Shown piece after piece: positions 21,623-33,101 of a DNA stretch of 64,000 bases. The stretch lies in the NCBI RefSeq assembly GCF_056746865.1, contig NZ_CM163382.1, one strand, 5' to 3'. The notes below the pieces were generated by a model. That model was not told the origin of the DNA. It did no database searches and saw nothing but the letters and a program-made list of their open reading frames with translations. The first letter of the stretch is position 1. Every line of letters starts with the position of its first letter. Made by a program: the position numbers and the translations under genes.

Positions 21623-22810
21623 ATGGCGGACAAAAAGCTTGATACTCAACTGGTGAATGCAGGACGCAGCAAAAAATACACTCTCGGCGCGGTAAATAGC
21701 GTGATTCAGCGCGCTTCTTCGCTGGTCTTTGACAGTGTAGAAGCCAAAAAACACGCGACACGTAATCGCGCCAATGGAGAGTTGTTCTATGGACGGCGCG
21801 GAACGTTAACCCATTTCTCCTTACAACAAGCGATGTGTGAACTGGAAGGTGGCGCAGGCTGCGTGCTATTTCCCTGCGGGGCGGCAGCGGTTGCTAATTC
21901 CATTCTTGCTTTTATCGAACAGGGCGATCATGTGTTGATGACCAACACCGCCTATGAACCGAGTCAGGATTTCTGTAGCAAAATCCTCAGCAAACTGGGC
22001 GTAACGACATCATGGTTTGATCCGCTGATTGGTGCCGATATCGTTAAGCATCTGCAGCCAAACACTAAAATCGTGTTTCTGGAATCGCCAGGCTCCATCA
22101 CCATGGAAGTCCACGACGTTCCGGCGATTGTTGCCGCCGTACGCAGTGTGGTGCCGGATGCCATCATTATGATCGACAACACCTGGGCAGCCGGTGTGCT
22201 GTTTAAGGCGCTGGATTTTGGCATCGATGTTTCTATTCAAGCCGCCACCAAATATCTGGTTGGGCATTCAGATGCGATGATTGGCACTGCCGTGTGCAAT
22301 GCCCGTTGCTGGGAGCAGCTACGGGAAAATGCCTATCTGATGGGCCAGATGGTCGATGCCGATACCGCCTATATAACCAGCCGTGGCCTGCGCACATTAG
22401 GTGTGCGTTTGCGTCAACATCATGAAAGCAGTCTGAAAGTGGCTGAATGGCTGGCAGAACATCCGCAAGTTGCGCGAGTTAACCACCCTGCTCTGCCTGG
22501 CAGTAAAGGTCACGAATTCTGGAAACGAGACTTTACAGGCAGCAGCGGGCTATTTTCCTTTGTGCTTAAGAAAAAACTCAATAATGAAGAGCTGGCGAAC
22601 TATCTGGATAACTTCAGTTTATTCAGCATGGCCTACTCGTGGGGCGGGTATGAATCGTTGATCCTGGCAAATCAACCAGAACATATCGCCGCCATTCGCC
22701 CACAAGGCGAGATCGATTTTAGCGGGACCTTGATTCGCCTGCATATTGGTCTGGAAGATGTCGACGATCTGATTGCCGATCTGGACGCCGGTTTTGCGCG
22801 AATTGTATAA
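21623..22810 (+). CDS. metC: Cystathionine beta-lyase (PLP-dependent)
   Basis: 395 aa from ATG at 21623 ([10 protein letters not shown]...). Confidence 0.9.
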   Translation: MADKKLDTQLVNAGRSKKYTLGAVNSVIQRASSLVFDSVEAKKHATRNRANGELFYGRRGTLTHFSLQQAMCELEGGAGCVLFPCGAAAVANSILAFIEQGDHVLMTNTAYEPSQDFCSKILSKLGVTTSWFDPLIGADIVKHLQPNTKIVFLESPGSITMEVHDVPAIVAAVRSVVPDAIIMIDNTWAAGVLFKALDFGIDVSIQAATKYLVGHSDAMIGTAVCNARCWEQLRENAYLMGQMVDADTAYITSRGLRTLGVRLRQHHESSLKVAEWLAEHPQVARVNHPALPGSKGHEFWKRDFTGSSGLFSFVLKKKLNNEELANYLDNFSLFSMAYSWGGYESLILANQPEHIAAIRPQGEIDFSGTLIRLHIGLEDVDDLIADLDAGFARIV

Positions 22811-22949
22811 CATTGCCACTTTTGGACAATTTTGCAGACATTTTATTGTGAAAAGTCTTAAATTGTTGCGTCCGGGATCAAGGCGTCCCGGACGATTCAG
22901 GAGTACAATAGGCAGATAAAGGCTTAAACGCTGTTCCACAGGAAAGTCC

Positions 22950-23609
22950 ATGGCTGTTATTCAAGATATCATCGCTGCGCTCTGGCAACACGACTTTGCC
23001 GCGCTGGCGGATCCTCATATTGTTAGCGTTGTTTACTTTGTCATGTTTGCCACGCTGTTTTTAGAAAACGGCCTGCTGCCCGCCTCATTTTTGCCAGGCG
23101 ACAGCTTGTTGATACTGGCAGGCGCATTGATTGCCCAGGGGGTTATGGATTTTCTGCCTACGATTGCGATTCTGACCGCCGCAGCAAGTCTGGGCTGCTG
23201 GCTAAGTTATATTCAGGGGCGCTGGTTAGGGAATACCAAAACGGTGAAAGGCTGGCTGGCACAGCTTCCTGCTAAATATCACCAGCGCGCCACCTGCATG
23301 TTTGACCGCCACGGTCTGCTGGCGCTGCTGGCTGGACGTTTTCTTGCATTTGTCCGTACGCTGCTGCCAACCATGGCGGGAATTTCCGGTCTGCCAAACC
23401 GCCGCTTCCAGTTTTTCAACTGGTTAAGTGGATTGCTGTGGGTCAGCGTGGTAACCAGTTTTGGCTATGCCTTAAGTATGATTCCGTTCGTTAAACGCCA
23501 TGAAGATCAGGTAATGACGTTCCTGATGATCCTGCCAATTGCCTTGTTAACCGCTGGCTTGTTAGGCACGCTGTTTGTGGTGATTAAAAAAAAATACTGT
23601 AACGCCTGA
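22950..23609 (+). CDS. yghB: DedA-family inner membrane protein
   Basis: 219 aa. Confidence 0.9.
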
Positions 23610-23617
23610 CGATTTTC

Positions 23618-23645
23618 CCCGTTCCCGGTTGCTGTACCGGGAACG
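23618..23645. terminator. Hairpin terminator between convergent yghB and yqhC
   Basis: cccgttcccggttgctgtaccgggaacg stem-loop followed by T-rich tract. Confidence 0.5.
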
Positions 23646-23648
23646 TAT

Positions 23649-24605
23649 TTAATTCCCCTGCATCGCCCGCATTCTTGCCGCATCTTCCCCCGGCGTCACA
23701 CCGAAGTAACGTTTAAACTCACGGCTAAATTGCGATGCGCTTTCATAGCCGACGCGCATCGCTGCTGCGCTGGCCTTCATGCCGTCATGGATGATCATCA
23801 TCCGCGCCTTATGCAGACGGTAATTCTTCAAATACTGCAACGGCGAGGTACTGGTGACAGACTTAAAATTATGGTGGAACGCCGATACGCTCATGTTGGC
23901 TTCTGCCGCCAGTTGCTCGACGCTCAGGTTTTCGGTGTATTTATTCTCAATCCGTTTCAGCACGCGGCTAATCAGACTGAAGTGAGTCTGGCGACTGACC
24001 AGCGCCAGTAACGCGCCGCCGCAAGGTCCGGTCAGCACGTAGTACAGAATTTCGCGGATGATCTGTTTGCCGAGAATACGCGCATCCAGTGGTCGCTCCA
24101 TCACGTCGAGTAACCGCTCCGCCGCGCATAAAATCTCTTCTGATAACGTGGCGGAGTTAATCCCGCTGGCTGCCATCGACGGCTGGAAATGCTCATCTTC
24201 GCCAATGTCCATCAACAGTTCCTGTAACTGCAAAATATCGACATTGAGACGCAACCCTGCCAGCGGCACCTCTGACGTGGCATAGGTTTCGCACTCAAAC
24301 GGCAACGGCACCGTCAGCAGCAGGTATTCATTGGCATCATAACGAAACACGCGTTCATTGATATAACCGATTTTATGCCCGGAAAAGAGAATTATGATGC
24401 CAGGCTCGTACATCACCGGTGTACGTGCGAAAGGCGTCTCGCCATACAACAAACGCACATCGGGCAACAGTTCTGACAAACTATTTTCTTTATTTTTCAG
24501 TTTATTAACTTTATCCGCCAGCAAGCGGCAAATCTCTTCACGTTTCATATCGCGTAATTTCTTAGGAATAATGCGGCAATTTGATTGTGCGCAATTTTGT
24601 AGCAT
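23649..24605 (-). CDS. yqhC: AraC/XylS-family transcriptional activator of yqhD-dkgA
   Basis: 318 aa from ATG at 24605 (MLQNCAQ...); C-terminal AraC HTH. Confidence 0.85.
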   Translation of the reverse strand: MLQNCAQSNCRIIPKKLRDMKREEICRLLADKVNKLKNKENSLSELLPDVRLLYGETPFARTPVMYEPGIIILFSGHKIGYINERVFRYDANEYLLLTVPLPFECETYATSEVPLAGLRLNVDILQLQELLMDIGEDEHFQPSMAASGINSATLSEEILCAAERLLDVMERPLDARILGKQIIREILYYVLTGPCGGALLALVSRQTHFSLISRVLKRIENKYTENLSVEQLAAEANMSVSAFHHNFKSVTSTSPLQYLKNYRLHKARMMIIHDGMKASAAAMRVGYESASQFSREFKRYFGVTPGEDAARMRAMQGN

Positions 24606-24627
24606 TTCTCCAGCACTCTGGAGAAAT
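24604..24627. promoter_or_regulatory. Perfect 10-bp inverted repeat (atttctccag-cact-ctggagaaat) in the yqhC/yqhD divergent control region
   Basis: Read directly; abuts yqhC start codon; candidate operator. Confidence 0.55.
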
Positions 24628-24741
24628 AGGCAAGACATTGGCAGAAATGAGCATTGAGAGCCAGGGCGCTGGCGATCACAATGAAAAACATCAGGCAGAT
24701 CGTTCTCTGCCCTCATATTGGCCCAGCAAAGGGAGCAAGTA

Positions 24742-25905
24742 ATGAACAACTTTAATCTGCACACCCCAACCCGCATTCTGTTTGGTAAAGGCGCAATCGC
24801 TGGTTTACGCGAACAAATTCCTCACGATGCTCGCGTATTGATTACCTACGGCGGCGGCAGCGTGAAAAAAACCGGCGTTCTCGATCAAGTTCTGGATGCC
24901 CTGAAAGGCATGGACGTGCTGGAATTTGGCGGTATTGAGCCAAACCCGGCTTATGAAACGCTGATGAACGCCGTGAAACTGGTTCGCGAACAGAAAGTGA
25001 CTTTCCTGCTGGCGGTTGGCGGCGGTTCTGTACTGGACGGCACCAAATTTATCGCCGCAGCGGCTAACTATCCGGAAAATATCGATCCGTGGCACATTCT
25101 GCAAACGGGCGGTAAAGAGATTAAAAGCGCCATCCCGATGGGCTGTGTGCTGACGCTGCCAGCAACCGGTTCAGAATCCAACGCAGGCGCGGTGATCTCC
25201 CGTAAAACCACAGGCGACAAGCAGGCGTTCCATTCTGCCCATGTTCAGCCGGTATTTGCCGTGCTCGATCCGGTTTATACCTACACCCTGCCGCCGCGTC
25301 AGGTGGCTAACGGCGTAGTGGACGCCTTTGTACACACCGTGGAACAGTATGTTACCAAACCGGTTGATGCCAAAATTCAGGACCGTTTCGCAGAAGGCAT
25401 TTTGCTGACGCTAATCGAAGATGGTCCGAAAGCCCTGAAAGAGCCAGAAAACTACGATGTGCGCGCCAACGTCATGTGGGCGGCGACTCAGGCGCTGAAC
25501 GGTTTGATTGGCGCTGGCGTACCGCAGGACTGGGCAACGCATATGCTGGGCCACGAACTGACTGCGATGCACGGTCTGGATCACGCGCAAACACTGGCTA
25601 TCGTCCTGCCTGCACTGTGGAATGAAAAACGCGATACCAAGCGCGCTAAGCTGCTGCAATATGCTGAACGCGTCTGGAACATCACTGAAGGTTCCGATGA
25701 TGAGCGTATTAACGCCGCGATTGCCGCAACCCGCAATTTCTTTGAGCAATTAGGCGTGCCGACCCACCTCTCCGACTACGGTCTGGACGGCAGCTCCATC
25801 CCGGCTTTGCTGAAAAAACTGGAAGAGCACGGCATGACCCAACTGGGCGAAAATCATGACATTACGTTGGATGTCAGCCGCCGTATATACGAAGCCGCCC
25901 GCTAA
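24742..25905 (+). CDS. yqhD: NADPH-dependent aldehyde reductase (iron-type alcohol dehydrogenase fold)
   Basis: 387 aa from ATG at 24742 ([10 protein letters not shown]...). Confidence 0.95.
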   Translation: MNNFNLHTPTRILFGKGAIAGLREQIPHDARVLITYGGGSVKKTGVLDQVLDALKGMDVLEFGGIEPNPAYETLMNAVKLVREQKVTFLLAVGGGSVLDGTKFIAAAANYPENIDPWHILQTGGKEIKSAIPMGCVLTLPATGSESNAGAVISRKTTGDKQAFHSAHVQPVFAVLDPVYTYTLPPRQVANGVVDAFVHTVEQYVTKPVDAKIQDRFAEGILLTLIEDGPKALKEPENYDVRANVMWAATQALNGLIGAGVPQDWATHMLGHELTAMHGLDHAQTLAIVLPALWNEKRDTKRAKLLQYAERVWNITEGSDDERINAAIAATRNFFEQLGVPTHLSDYGLDGSSIPALLKKLEEHGMTQLGENHDITLDVSRRIYEAAR

Positions 25906-26009
25906 GCTTTTTACGCCTCAAACTTTCGTTTTCGGGCATTTCGTCCAGACTTAAGTTCACAACACCTCACCGGAGCCTGCTCCGGTGAGTTCATATAAAG
26001 GAGGAACGT

Positions 26010-26837
26010 ATGGCTAATCCAACCGTTATTAAGCTACAGGATGGCAATGTCATGCCCCAGCTGGGACTGGGCGTCTGGCAAGCAAGTAATGAGGAAGTAA
26101 TCACCGCCATTCAAAAAGCGTTAGAAGTGGGTTATCGCTCGATTGATACCGCCGCGGCCTACAAGAACGAAGAAGGTGTCGGCAAAGCCCTGAAAAATGC
26201 CTCAGTCAACAGAGAAGAACTGTTCATCACCACTAAGCTGTGGAACGACGACCACAAGCGCCCCCGCGAAGCCCTGCTCGACAGCCTGAAAAAACTCCAG
26301 CTTGATTATATCGACCTCTACTTAATGCACTGGCCCGTTCCCGCTATCGACCATTATGTCGAAGCATGGAAAGGCATGATCGAATTGCAAAAAGAGGGAT
26401 TAATCAAAAGCATCGGCGTGTGCAACTTCCAGATCCATCACCTGCAACGCCTGATTGATGAAACTGGCGTGACGCCTGTGATAAACCAGATCGAACTTCA
26501 TCCGCTGATGCAACAACGCCAGCTACACGCCTGGAACGCGACACACAAAATCCAGACCGAATCCTGGAGCCCATTAGCGCAAGGAGGGAAAGGCGTTTTC
26601 GATCAGAAAGTCATTCGCGATCTGGCAGATAAATACGGCAAAACCCCGGCGCAGATTGTTATCCGCTGGCATCTGGATAGCGGCCTGGTGGTGATCCCGA
26701 AATCGGTCACACCTTCACGTATTGCCGAAAACTTTGATGTCTGGGATTTCCGTCTCGACAAAGACGAACTCGGCGAAATTGCAAAACTCGATCAGGGCAA
26801 GCGTCTCGGTCCCGATCCTGACCAGTTCGGCGGCTAA
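26010..26837 (+). CDS. dkgA: 2,5-diketo-D-gluconate / methylglyoxal reductase (AKR family)
   Basis: 275 aa. Confidence 0.95.
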   Translation: MANPTVIKLQDGNVMPQLGLGVWQASNEEVITAIQKALEVGYRSIDTAAAYKNEEGVGKALKNASVNREELFITTKLWNDDHKRPREALLDSLKKLQLDYIDLYLMHWPVPAIDHYVEAWKGMIELQKEGLIKSIGVCNFQIHHLQRLIDETGVTPVINQIELHPLMQQRQLHAWNATHKIQTESWSPLAQGGKGVFDQKVIRDLADKYGKTPAQIVIRWHLDSGLVVIPKSVTPSRIAENFDVWDFRLDKDELGEIAKLDQGKRLGPDPDQFGG

Positions 26838-26962
26838 CATGCAAATTCTCCCGGTGGCGGTAATGTTCCGCTACCGGACTTTTCAGAAATCATTTATTCC
26901 CCTCGCGTCCCGCCCGTTGTTACTCTTCCTTGTTCAGGAATGCCAAATATAAGGACATCATC

Positions 26963-27040
26963 ATGCAGAGCCGGAAGCTCTTAAAAGAACAACTCATCTA
27001 TATCCGGGATAAACGCAACGGAGAGGTGAAAAACAGATGA
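26963..27040 (+). CDS. Candidate 25-aa upstream ORF (MQSRKLLKEQLIYIRDKRNGEVKNR) whose TGA overlaps the yqhG ATG (ATGA)
   Basis: ATG preceded by aagga 7 nt upstream; stop overlaps downstream start; hypothetical. Confidence 0.3.
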   Translation: MQSRKLLKEQLIYIRDKRNGEVKNR

Positions 27041-27963
27041 AAATAATACTTCTGTTTTTAGCAGCCCTGGCAAGTTTTACCGTACACGCACAGCCCCCCT
27101 CACAGACCGTAGAACAAACAGTCCGGCATATTTATCAGAACTATAAATCAGATGCCACTGCCTCTTATTTTGGTGAAACCGGAGAGCGGGCGATAACTTC
27201 TGCGCGTATTCAACAGGCGCTTACCCTGAACGACAATCTTACGCTGCCGGGCAATATTGGCTGGCTGGATTATGATCCGGTTTGTGATTGTCAGGATTTT
27301 GGCGATCTGGTGCTAGAAAGCGTCGCGATAACCCAAACTGACGCCGATCATGCCGATGCCGTTGTGCGCTTTCGTATCTTTAAAGATGATAAAGAAAAGA
27401 CCACGCAGACACTGAAAATGGTGGCGGAAAATGGTCGTTGGGTCATTGACGATATTGTCAGCAATCATGGCAGCGTCTTACAAGCAGTTAATAGCGAGAA
27501 TGAAAAAACGCTGGCCGCTTTAGCTTCGTTGCAAAAAGAACAGCCGGAAGCCTTTGTTGCCGAACTCTTTGAACATATTGCTGATTATAGCTGGCCGTGG
27601 ACGTGGGTGGTTTCCGACTCTTACCGCCAGGCGGTTAATGCCTTCTATAAAACCACCTTCAAGACGGCCAATAATCCCGATGAAGATATGCAAATAGAAC
27701 GGCAATTTATTTACGACAATCCGATCTGTTTTGGCGAAGAGTCGCTATTTTCACGCGTTGATGAAATTCGAGTCCTGGAGAAAACCGCCGATTCCGCCCG
27801 CATTCATGTTCGTTTTACGCTGACCAATGGCAACAACGAAGAGCAAGAACTGGTTTTACAGCGGCGCGAAGGCAAGTGGGAAATCGCTGATTTTATCCGC
27901 CCGAACAGCGGCAGCCTACTTAAGCAGATTGAGGCAAAAACTGCCGCCAGATTAAAGCAATGA
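27037..27963 (+). CDS. yqhG: Secreted protein of unknown function (signal peptide)
   Basis: 308 aa with N-terminal signal sequence. Confidence 0.85.
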   Translation: MKIILLFLAALASFTVHAQPPSQTVEQTVRHIYQNYKSDATASYFGETGERAITSARIQQALTLNDNLTLPGNIGWLDYDPVCDCQDFGDLVLESVAITQTDADHADAVVRFRIFKDDKEKTTQTLKMVAENGRWVIDDIVSNHGSVLQAVNSENEKTLAALASLQKEQPEAFVAELFEHIADYSWPWTWVVSDSYRQAVNAFYKTTFKTANNPDEDMQIERQFIYDNPICFGEESLFSRVDEIRVLEKTADSARIHVRFTLTNGNNEEQELVLQRREGKWEIADFIRPNSGSLLKQIEAKTAARLKQ

Positions 27964-28013
27964 GCTGAATTAAATAACAATTAGCCGGAACAATAAATAA
28001 AAGGGAACACTAT

Positions 28014-28271
28014 ATGAAAACGATTTTCACCGTGGGAGCTGTTGTTCTGGCAACCTGCTTGCTCAGTGGCTGCGTCAATGAGCAAAAGGTCAATCAGCTG
28101 GCGAGCAATGTGCAAACATTAAATGCCAAAATCGCCCGGCTTGAGCAGGATATGAAAGCACTACGCCCACAAATCTATGCTGCCAAATCCGAAGCTAACA
28201 GAGCCAATACGCGTCTTGATGCTCAGGACTATTTTGATTGCCTGCGCTGCTTGCGTATGTACGCAGAATGA
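28014..28271 (+). CDS. yqhH: Small outer-membrane lipoprotein, Lpp-like coiled coil
   Basis: 85 aa; lipobox LSGC. Confidence 0.85.
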
Positions 28272-28272
28272 T

Positions 28273-28315
28273 AAAAAAATCCCCGGTAGCGTGTCAGTTG
28301 CCGGGGATATTTTTT
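28273..28315. terminator. Bidirectional rho-independent terminator between yqhH and ygiQ
   Basis: A-run, atccccgg...ccggggat stem, T-run. Confidence 0.7.
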
Positions 28316-30533
28316 AACGTCCAACCGCCGCTTTAGGCCGTTTCTTCGCACCAGCATTCACCGGACGAGATTGCGTAGACGACGCTTTTTTTGCCGTAGC
28401 AGGCGTCTGACGCTGGGTCGCCATCGGCGTATGTTTCGTCAACGCCGGACGGGTATTGCGGTTCTGGCGACGAGCTTCACGCATCTCTTCAATGGTTGGC
28501 GCAGGCACTAAGCAATCGCGACGGCTGCCAATCAGATGCTTTTTGCCCATCGCTTCCAGCGCCTGGCGGATTAACGGCCAGTTTGCCGGATCGTGGTAAC
28601 GCAACAACGCTTTATGCAAACGACGCTGTTTGTCGCCCTTCGGTACGAAGACGTCTTCGCTCTTATAACCAATCTTCGCCAGCGGGTTTTTCCCGGTGTA
28701 ATACATGGTGGTTGAGTTCGCCAGCGGCGACGGATAGAAGTTCTGCACCTGGTCGAGGCGGAAGCGGTGCTTTTTCAGCCACAGCGCCAGATTCACCATA
28801 TCTTCATCACGCGTACCGGGGTGCGCGGAGATGAAATAGGGGATCAGATACTGCTCTTTACCTGCCTGTTTTGAGTAAGTATCGAACAGCTCTTTAAAGC
28901 GGTCATAGCTGCCCATGCCCGGCTTCATCATCTTCGATAACGGCCCTTCTTCGGTATGTTCCGGGGCAATCTTCAGATAACCGCCGACGTGATGGGTCGC
29001 CAGTTCTTTGATATAGCGCGGATCTTCTACGGCTATGTCATAGCGCACACCAGAGGCAATCAGGATCTTTTTAATGCCTTTCAGATCACGCGCACGGCGA
29101 TAGAGGTTGATCGTTGGTTCGTGGTTCGTGTCCATGTGCGGACAAATATCCGGATAAACGCACGACAAACGGCGACAAGTTTGTTCAGCGCGTGGCGATT
29201 TGCAGCGCAACATATACATGTTGGCAGTTGGCCCACCAAGATCGGAAATCACGCCCGTAAAACCTGGAACGGTGTCGCGGATCGCTTCGATCTCATTAAT
29301 GATCGAATCTTCGGAACGGCTCTGAATAATGCGCCCTTCGTGCTCGGTGATAGAACAGAAAGAGCAGCCGCCAAAGCAGCCACGCATAATGTTGACCGAA
29401 AAACGGATCATTTCGTAAGCCGGAATACGGGCATTGCCATAGGCCGGATGTGGCACGCGCTTGTATGGCAGCGCAAAAACGCTGTCCATCTCTTCGGTAG
29501 AAAGCGGAATAGCAGGCGGGTTGATCCACACATAGCGGTCGCCGTGTTTTTGCATCAATGCGCGGGCACAGCCTGGGTTGGTTTCGTGGTGCAGAATACG
29601 CGAAGCATGGGCGTACAGCACTTTATCGCCCTTCACTTTCTCGAAAGAAGGCAGCAACACGTAGGTTTTTTCCCACGGTTTCGGGCGCGGTGGCTGCACG
29701 GTTACGGCTTTGGCTTCCTGCTTTTTCGGTGCCACCGGTTTGTTATCCGCGCACGGCAAATCTTCACCATACGGATGCGGGATTGGGTCGATTTTTCCAG
29801 GGGTATCAAGACGGGTGGAATCCACGCCGCTCCAGCCAGGCAGCGCCTCTTTCACGATAATCGCGGTATTACGCACATCGCGGATTTCACTAATTGGCTC
29901 GCCCATCGCCAGACGATGCGCCACTTCCACCAGCGGACGCTCACCGTTACCAAACATCAGCATGTCGGCTTTCGAATCCACCAGCACGGAACGGCGCACG
30001 GTATCGGACCAGTAATCATAATGCGCGGTACGGCGCAGACTAGCCTCAATACCGCCGAGGATCACCGGTACATCTTTCCACGCCTCTTTACAACGCTGGG
30101 TATAAACCAGTGTGGCGCGATCCGGGCGCTTACCCGCGACGTTATCCGGCGTGTAGGCATCGTCATGACGTAAACGGCGATCGGCGGTATAACGGTTGAT
30201 CATCGAATCCATGTTGCCAGCAGTAACACCGAAAAACAGATTCGGTTTACCCAGACGCATAAAGTCGTCTTTGCTGCTCCAGTCCGGCTGGGCGATGATC
30301 CCGACGCGAAAGCCCTGCGCTTCCAGCATACGACCGCAAATCGCCATCCCGAAGCTTGGGTGATCGACATACGCGTCGCCAGTAACCAAAATGATGTCGC
30401 AGCTATCCCAGCCAAGTTGATCCATCTCTTCACGAGACATCGGCAAAAACGGTGCCGGTCCAAAACAGGCGGCCCAGTACTGCGGCCAGGAGAACAGGTC
30501 GCGATCCGGTTGGATCAGGGAGATAGAGCTCAT
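28314..30533 (-). CDS. ygiQ: Radical SAM family protein (UPF0313)
   Basis: 739 aa; CFGGCSFC radical SAM cysteine motif. Confidence 0.9.
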   Translation of the reverse strand: MSSISLIQPDRDLFSWPQYWAACFGPAPFLPMSREEMDQLGWDSCDIILVTGDAYVDHPSFGMAICGRMLEAQGFRVGIIAQPDWSSKDDFMRLGKPNLFFGVTAGNMDSMINRYTADRRLRHDDAYTPDNVAGKRPDRATLVYTQRCKEAWKDVPVILGGIEASLRRTAHYDYWSDTVRRSVLVDSKADMLMFGNGERPLVEVAHRLAMGEPISEIRDVRNTAIIVKEALPGWSGVDSTRLDTPGKIDPIPHPYGEDLPCADNKPVAPKKQEAKAVTVQPPRPKPWEKTYVLLPSFEKVKGDKVLYAHASRILHHETNPGCARALMQKHGDRYVWINPPAIPLSTEEMDSVFALPYKRVPHPAYGNARIPAYEMIRFSVNIMRGCFGGCSFCSITEHEGRIIQSRSEDSIINEIEAIRDTVPGFTGVISDLGGPTANMYMLRCKSPRAEQTCRRLSCVYPDICPHMDTNHEPTINLYRRARDLKGIKKILIASGVRYDIAVEDPRYIKELATHHVGGYLKIAPEHTEEGPLSKMMKPGMGSYDRFKELFDTYSKQAGKEQYLIPYFISAHPGTRDEDMVNLALWLKKHRFRLDQVQNFYPSPLANSTTMYYTGKNPLAKIGYKSEDVFVPKGDKQRRLHKALLRYHDPANWPLIRQALEAMGKKHLIGSRRDCLVPAPTIEEMREARRQNRNTRPALTKHTPMATQRQTPATAKKASSTQSRPVNAGAKKRPKAAVGR

Positions 30534-30643
30534 TTTGCTTCCAGAAATGATAAAAAAATAATCAAAGGCCGGGGATTATAAGCCGGAACGAAAGAGAAAT
30601 CGAAAGGTATTCCATACTCGCCCTCCTCGGGCGAGTATGAAGA

Positions 30644-32056
30644 TTACGGTACCGGATTGACCAACAGTTGCCCAATCGAGCCACGGTCCGCCATTTCCAG
30701 CGTCTGACTGTTGAAGTAGAACGGGAAGTGCGCCCAGGAAGGCTGACCGAAATAAACAAGCAGCTCCACTTGTCCGTCAACCCAAACGGTATCTTTCCAG
30801 CCTCTGTCTTCCGGGAACGGCATCGCGCCATTCACGTTACGGATCTGGAACATTACGCCTTCAATATGGAACGCTTGCGGCTCGTCCGCGCGTACCGTCC
30901 AGCGTTCCCACGTTCCTTGCTGCGCGGTGACATCAATACGGTTGACGTCCCACAGCTGTCCATTAATACCCGGGTCATCACCCAGACTGATATCGCGACT
31001 GCGAATTGGCGAACCAGCCATGATTTCAGTTGGCAGCAAGCGCATCGGAAGACTGTCTGTGACCAGCGGCAGAAGGCCGGTTGGGCGCAGCGTTAGCACC
31101 AGGGTAGAAACCAGAATACTGGATGGCTCAAAGAAGCCACGAATACGATCAACAATGCTCGCCGCTTCGCCACAGGTGATCGACACTTCATCGCCGTTGC
31201 TCATATCCACCAGAATCTCGCGGCGCTCGCCCGGTGCCAGCGAAAGTTGCTTCACCGATACAGGAGCAGGCAGGAATCCCTGATCGCCAGAAATCACATG
31301 TAACGGGCGACCATCGTTCATCTGTAGTTGATAGCGACGAGAGTTCGACGCGTTCAGCAGTCGCAAGCGCACCCAGCCACGCGAGACTTCAACGTACGGG
31401 CTTTGTACACCGTTAACCAGCAGCGTATCACCAACAAAGCCGCCGCTTCCCGGTTCGTTGTATTCTGGCGTACCAAAGTTATCCAGCCGTTTATCCTGGA
31501 TAATGACCGGAAAATCATCCACACCATAATGGTTGGGGATAGGCAGCGACTTGCTGACTTCATCTTCCACCAGCCACATTCCGGCAAGGCCGTTATAGAC
31601 CTGCTGAGCCGTGCGGTTGGGAGTATTGGCGTGATACCACAGAGTAGCTGCGTTCTGGCGAATGGGCAGTACGGGTGCCCAGTCAGCGTTTGGCGACATC
31701 ATCCGTGCCGGACCGCCCATCAGCGGGCCTGGTACCTGTAGCCCGGCCACCGTCATTGAGACATTTTCTGTCAGGCGGTTGCTGTAAATAAGCTTAACAT
31801 CGTCGCCCTTCCAGACGCGGATAGTCGGCCCCAGGTAACGACCATTGATTCCCCAGACCGACGCGCGTGTCCCTGGCGTAAATGACCAGTGCGCACGTTG
31901 TACAGTCATAAACAGCGGTTGCCCACGGCGAGATTCAAGTAGCGGCGGAACGGGTAGCGGTTGCTGTTGCCCGGCTGCGCTGGCCTTCAGGGGAACAGCG
32001 CCTGCACAAAGTGCAATCCCCGATGCCTGAATGAACTGACGCCGACTGAGTGACAT
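30644..32056 (-). CDS. ftsP: Cell division protein FtsP (SufI), multicopper-oxidase-like, Tat substrate
   Basis: 470 aa; SRRQFIQ twin-arginine signal. Confidence 0.95.
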   Translation of the reverse strand: MSLSRRQFIQASGIALCAGAVPLKASAAGQQQPLPVPPLLESRRGQPLFMTVQRAHWSFTPGTRASVWGINGRYLGPTIRVWKGDDVKLIYSNRLTENVSMTVAGLQVPGPLMGGPARMMSPNADWAPVLPIRQNAATLWYHANTPNRTAQQVYNGLAGMWLVEDEVSKSLPIPNHYGVDDFPVIIQDKRLDNFGTPEYNEPGSGGFVGDTLLVNGVQSPYVEVSRGWVRLRLLNASNSRRYQLQMNDGRPLHVISGDQGFLPAPVSVKQLSLAPGERREILVDMSNGDEVSITCGEAASIVDRIRGFFEPSSILVSTLVLTLRPTGLLPLVTDSLPMRLLPTEIMAGSPIRSRDISLGDDPGINGQLWDVNRIDVTAQQGTWERWTVRADEPQAFHIEGVMFQIRNVNGAMPFPEDRGWKDTVWVDGQVELLVYFGQPSWAHFPFYFNSQTLEMADRGSIGQLLVNPVP

Positions 32057-32130
32057 ATTTGCTCCATGTAAAACTGGCTAAAGTAATACCGTGCAGGAAA
32101 GTGTTCCCCGCAAAAATACAGATTGCCGAC

Positions 32131-32868
32131 TTAAACTTTTCCGGCGGCTTCGCGTTCTGCGACTTCTTTATCGAGCTCGGCGATTTTTTGTTCCATTATC
32201 GAACGACAATGGGCAGCCAGCTCACGAACCTGATCTTTGCCATACTGACTGACGTCAATTGGCGGCAGCATTTCGACAATCACCAGACCGTTGTGCAGTC
32301 GATTAAGATTAATCTTATTCGAAGTTGTAGAGACGCACACGGGAATAATCGGGACGCCCGCCGCAATTGCCGCGTGAAATGCTCCAGTCTTGAACGGTAG
32401 CAGGCCGCGACCACGGCTGCGGGTTCCTTCCGGGAACATCCAGATGGAAATACGGCGTTTTTTGAAGTGATTCACTACTTCCGCAATGGTGCCGTGAGCT
32501 TTAGTGCGATTGTTTCTGTCGATCAATAAGTTGCCGGTTAACCAGTACAACTGCCCGAAGAAGGGGATCCACAGCAAGCTCTTTTTACCTACCGTCACCG
32601 TCGGCGGTTGCACGATGTTCGATGCTGTCACCATGTCATAGTTGTTCTGGTGGTTAGCGATATAGATAGCATTGCCGTAGCTTTCAGCGTCTGTAGGTTT
32701 ACGGCACTCAACTTTCAGGCCAAACAGCGGCGCAAGACGGCCAAACATATGCCCAAAGGTGGCCACATGTTTCGGGTTACGCGGGCTGAAAAGGCAGTAA
32801 ATGGAGCCGAATACACAGACTAAGATGCTGTAAATCACGGTAATAATAAGACGAAAGATATATAGCAT
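32131..32868 (-). CDS. plsC: 1-acyl-sn-glycerol-3-phosphate acyltransferase
   Basis: 245 aa; HX4D acyltransferase motif (NHQNNYD). Confidence 0.95.
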   Translation of the reverse strand: MLYIFRLIITVIYSILVCVFGSIYCLFSPRNPKHVATFGHMFGRLAPLFGLKVECRKPTDAESYGNAIYIANHQNNYDMVTASNIVQPPTVTVGKKSLLWIPFFGQLYWLTGNLLIDRNNRTKAHGTIAEVVNHFKKRRISIWMFPEGTRSRGRGLLPFKTGAFHAAIAAGVPIIPVCVSTTSNKINLNRLHNGLVIVEMLPPIDVSQYGKDQVRELAAHCRSIMEQKIAELDKEVAEREAAGKV

Positions 32869-33101
32869 AACACCCTCTGAAGGTCTGAGAGACTGGCATT
32901 GTACGTCACCTGAAATCAGGTTAGGGCATTGTTAAAAGCCGCTCTCTGGAAAAGCGTATTGTTAATCGCAACGCATGAATAAACAACGGTTTCAAGGGAA
33001 TTTTTATCGTTTCCGGGGGTTGAATACGCTGCCGGATGACGACTTAACGTTTCATCCGGCGTTCCTTGCAAGCGGGAGGAAACAGCGCCCTCCCCGGCAT
33101 A

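Noticed and set aside
22869-22893. GC-rich hairpin after metC considered as a terminator or REP
   Set aside because: Stem is clear but there is no T-run and it does not match REP consensus well; left unannotated.
28956-30173. 405-aa plus-strand ORF
   Set aside because: Antisense to ygiQ, Arg-rich low-complexity translation; shadow ORF.
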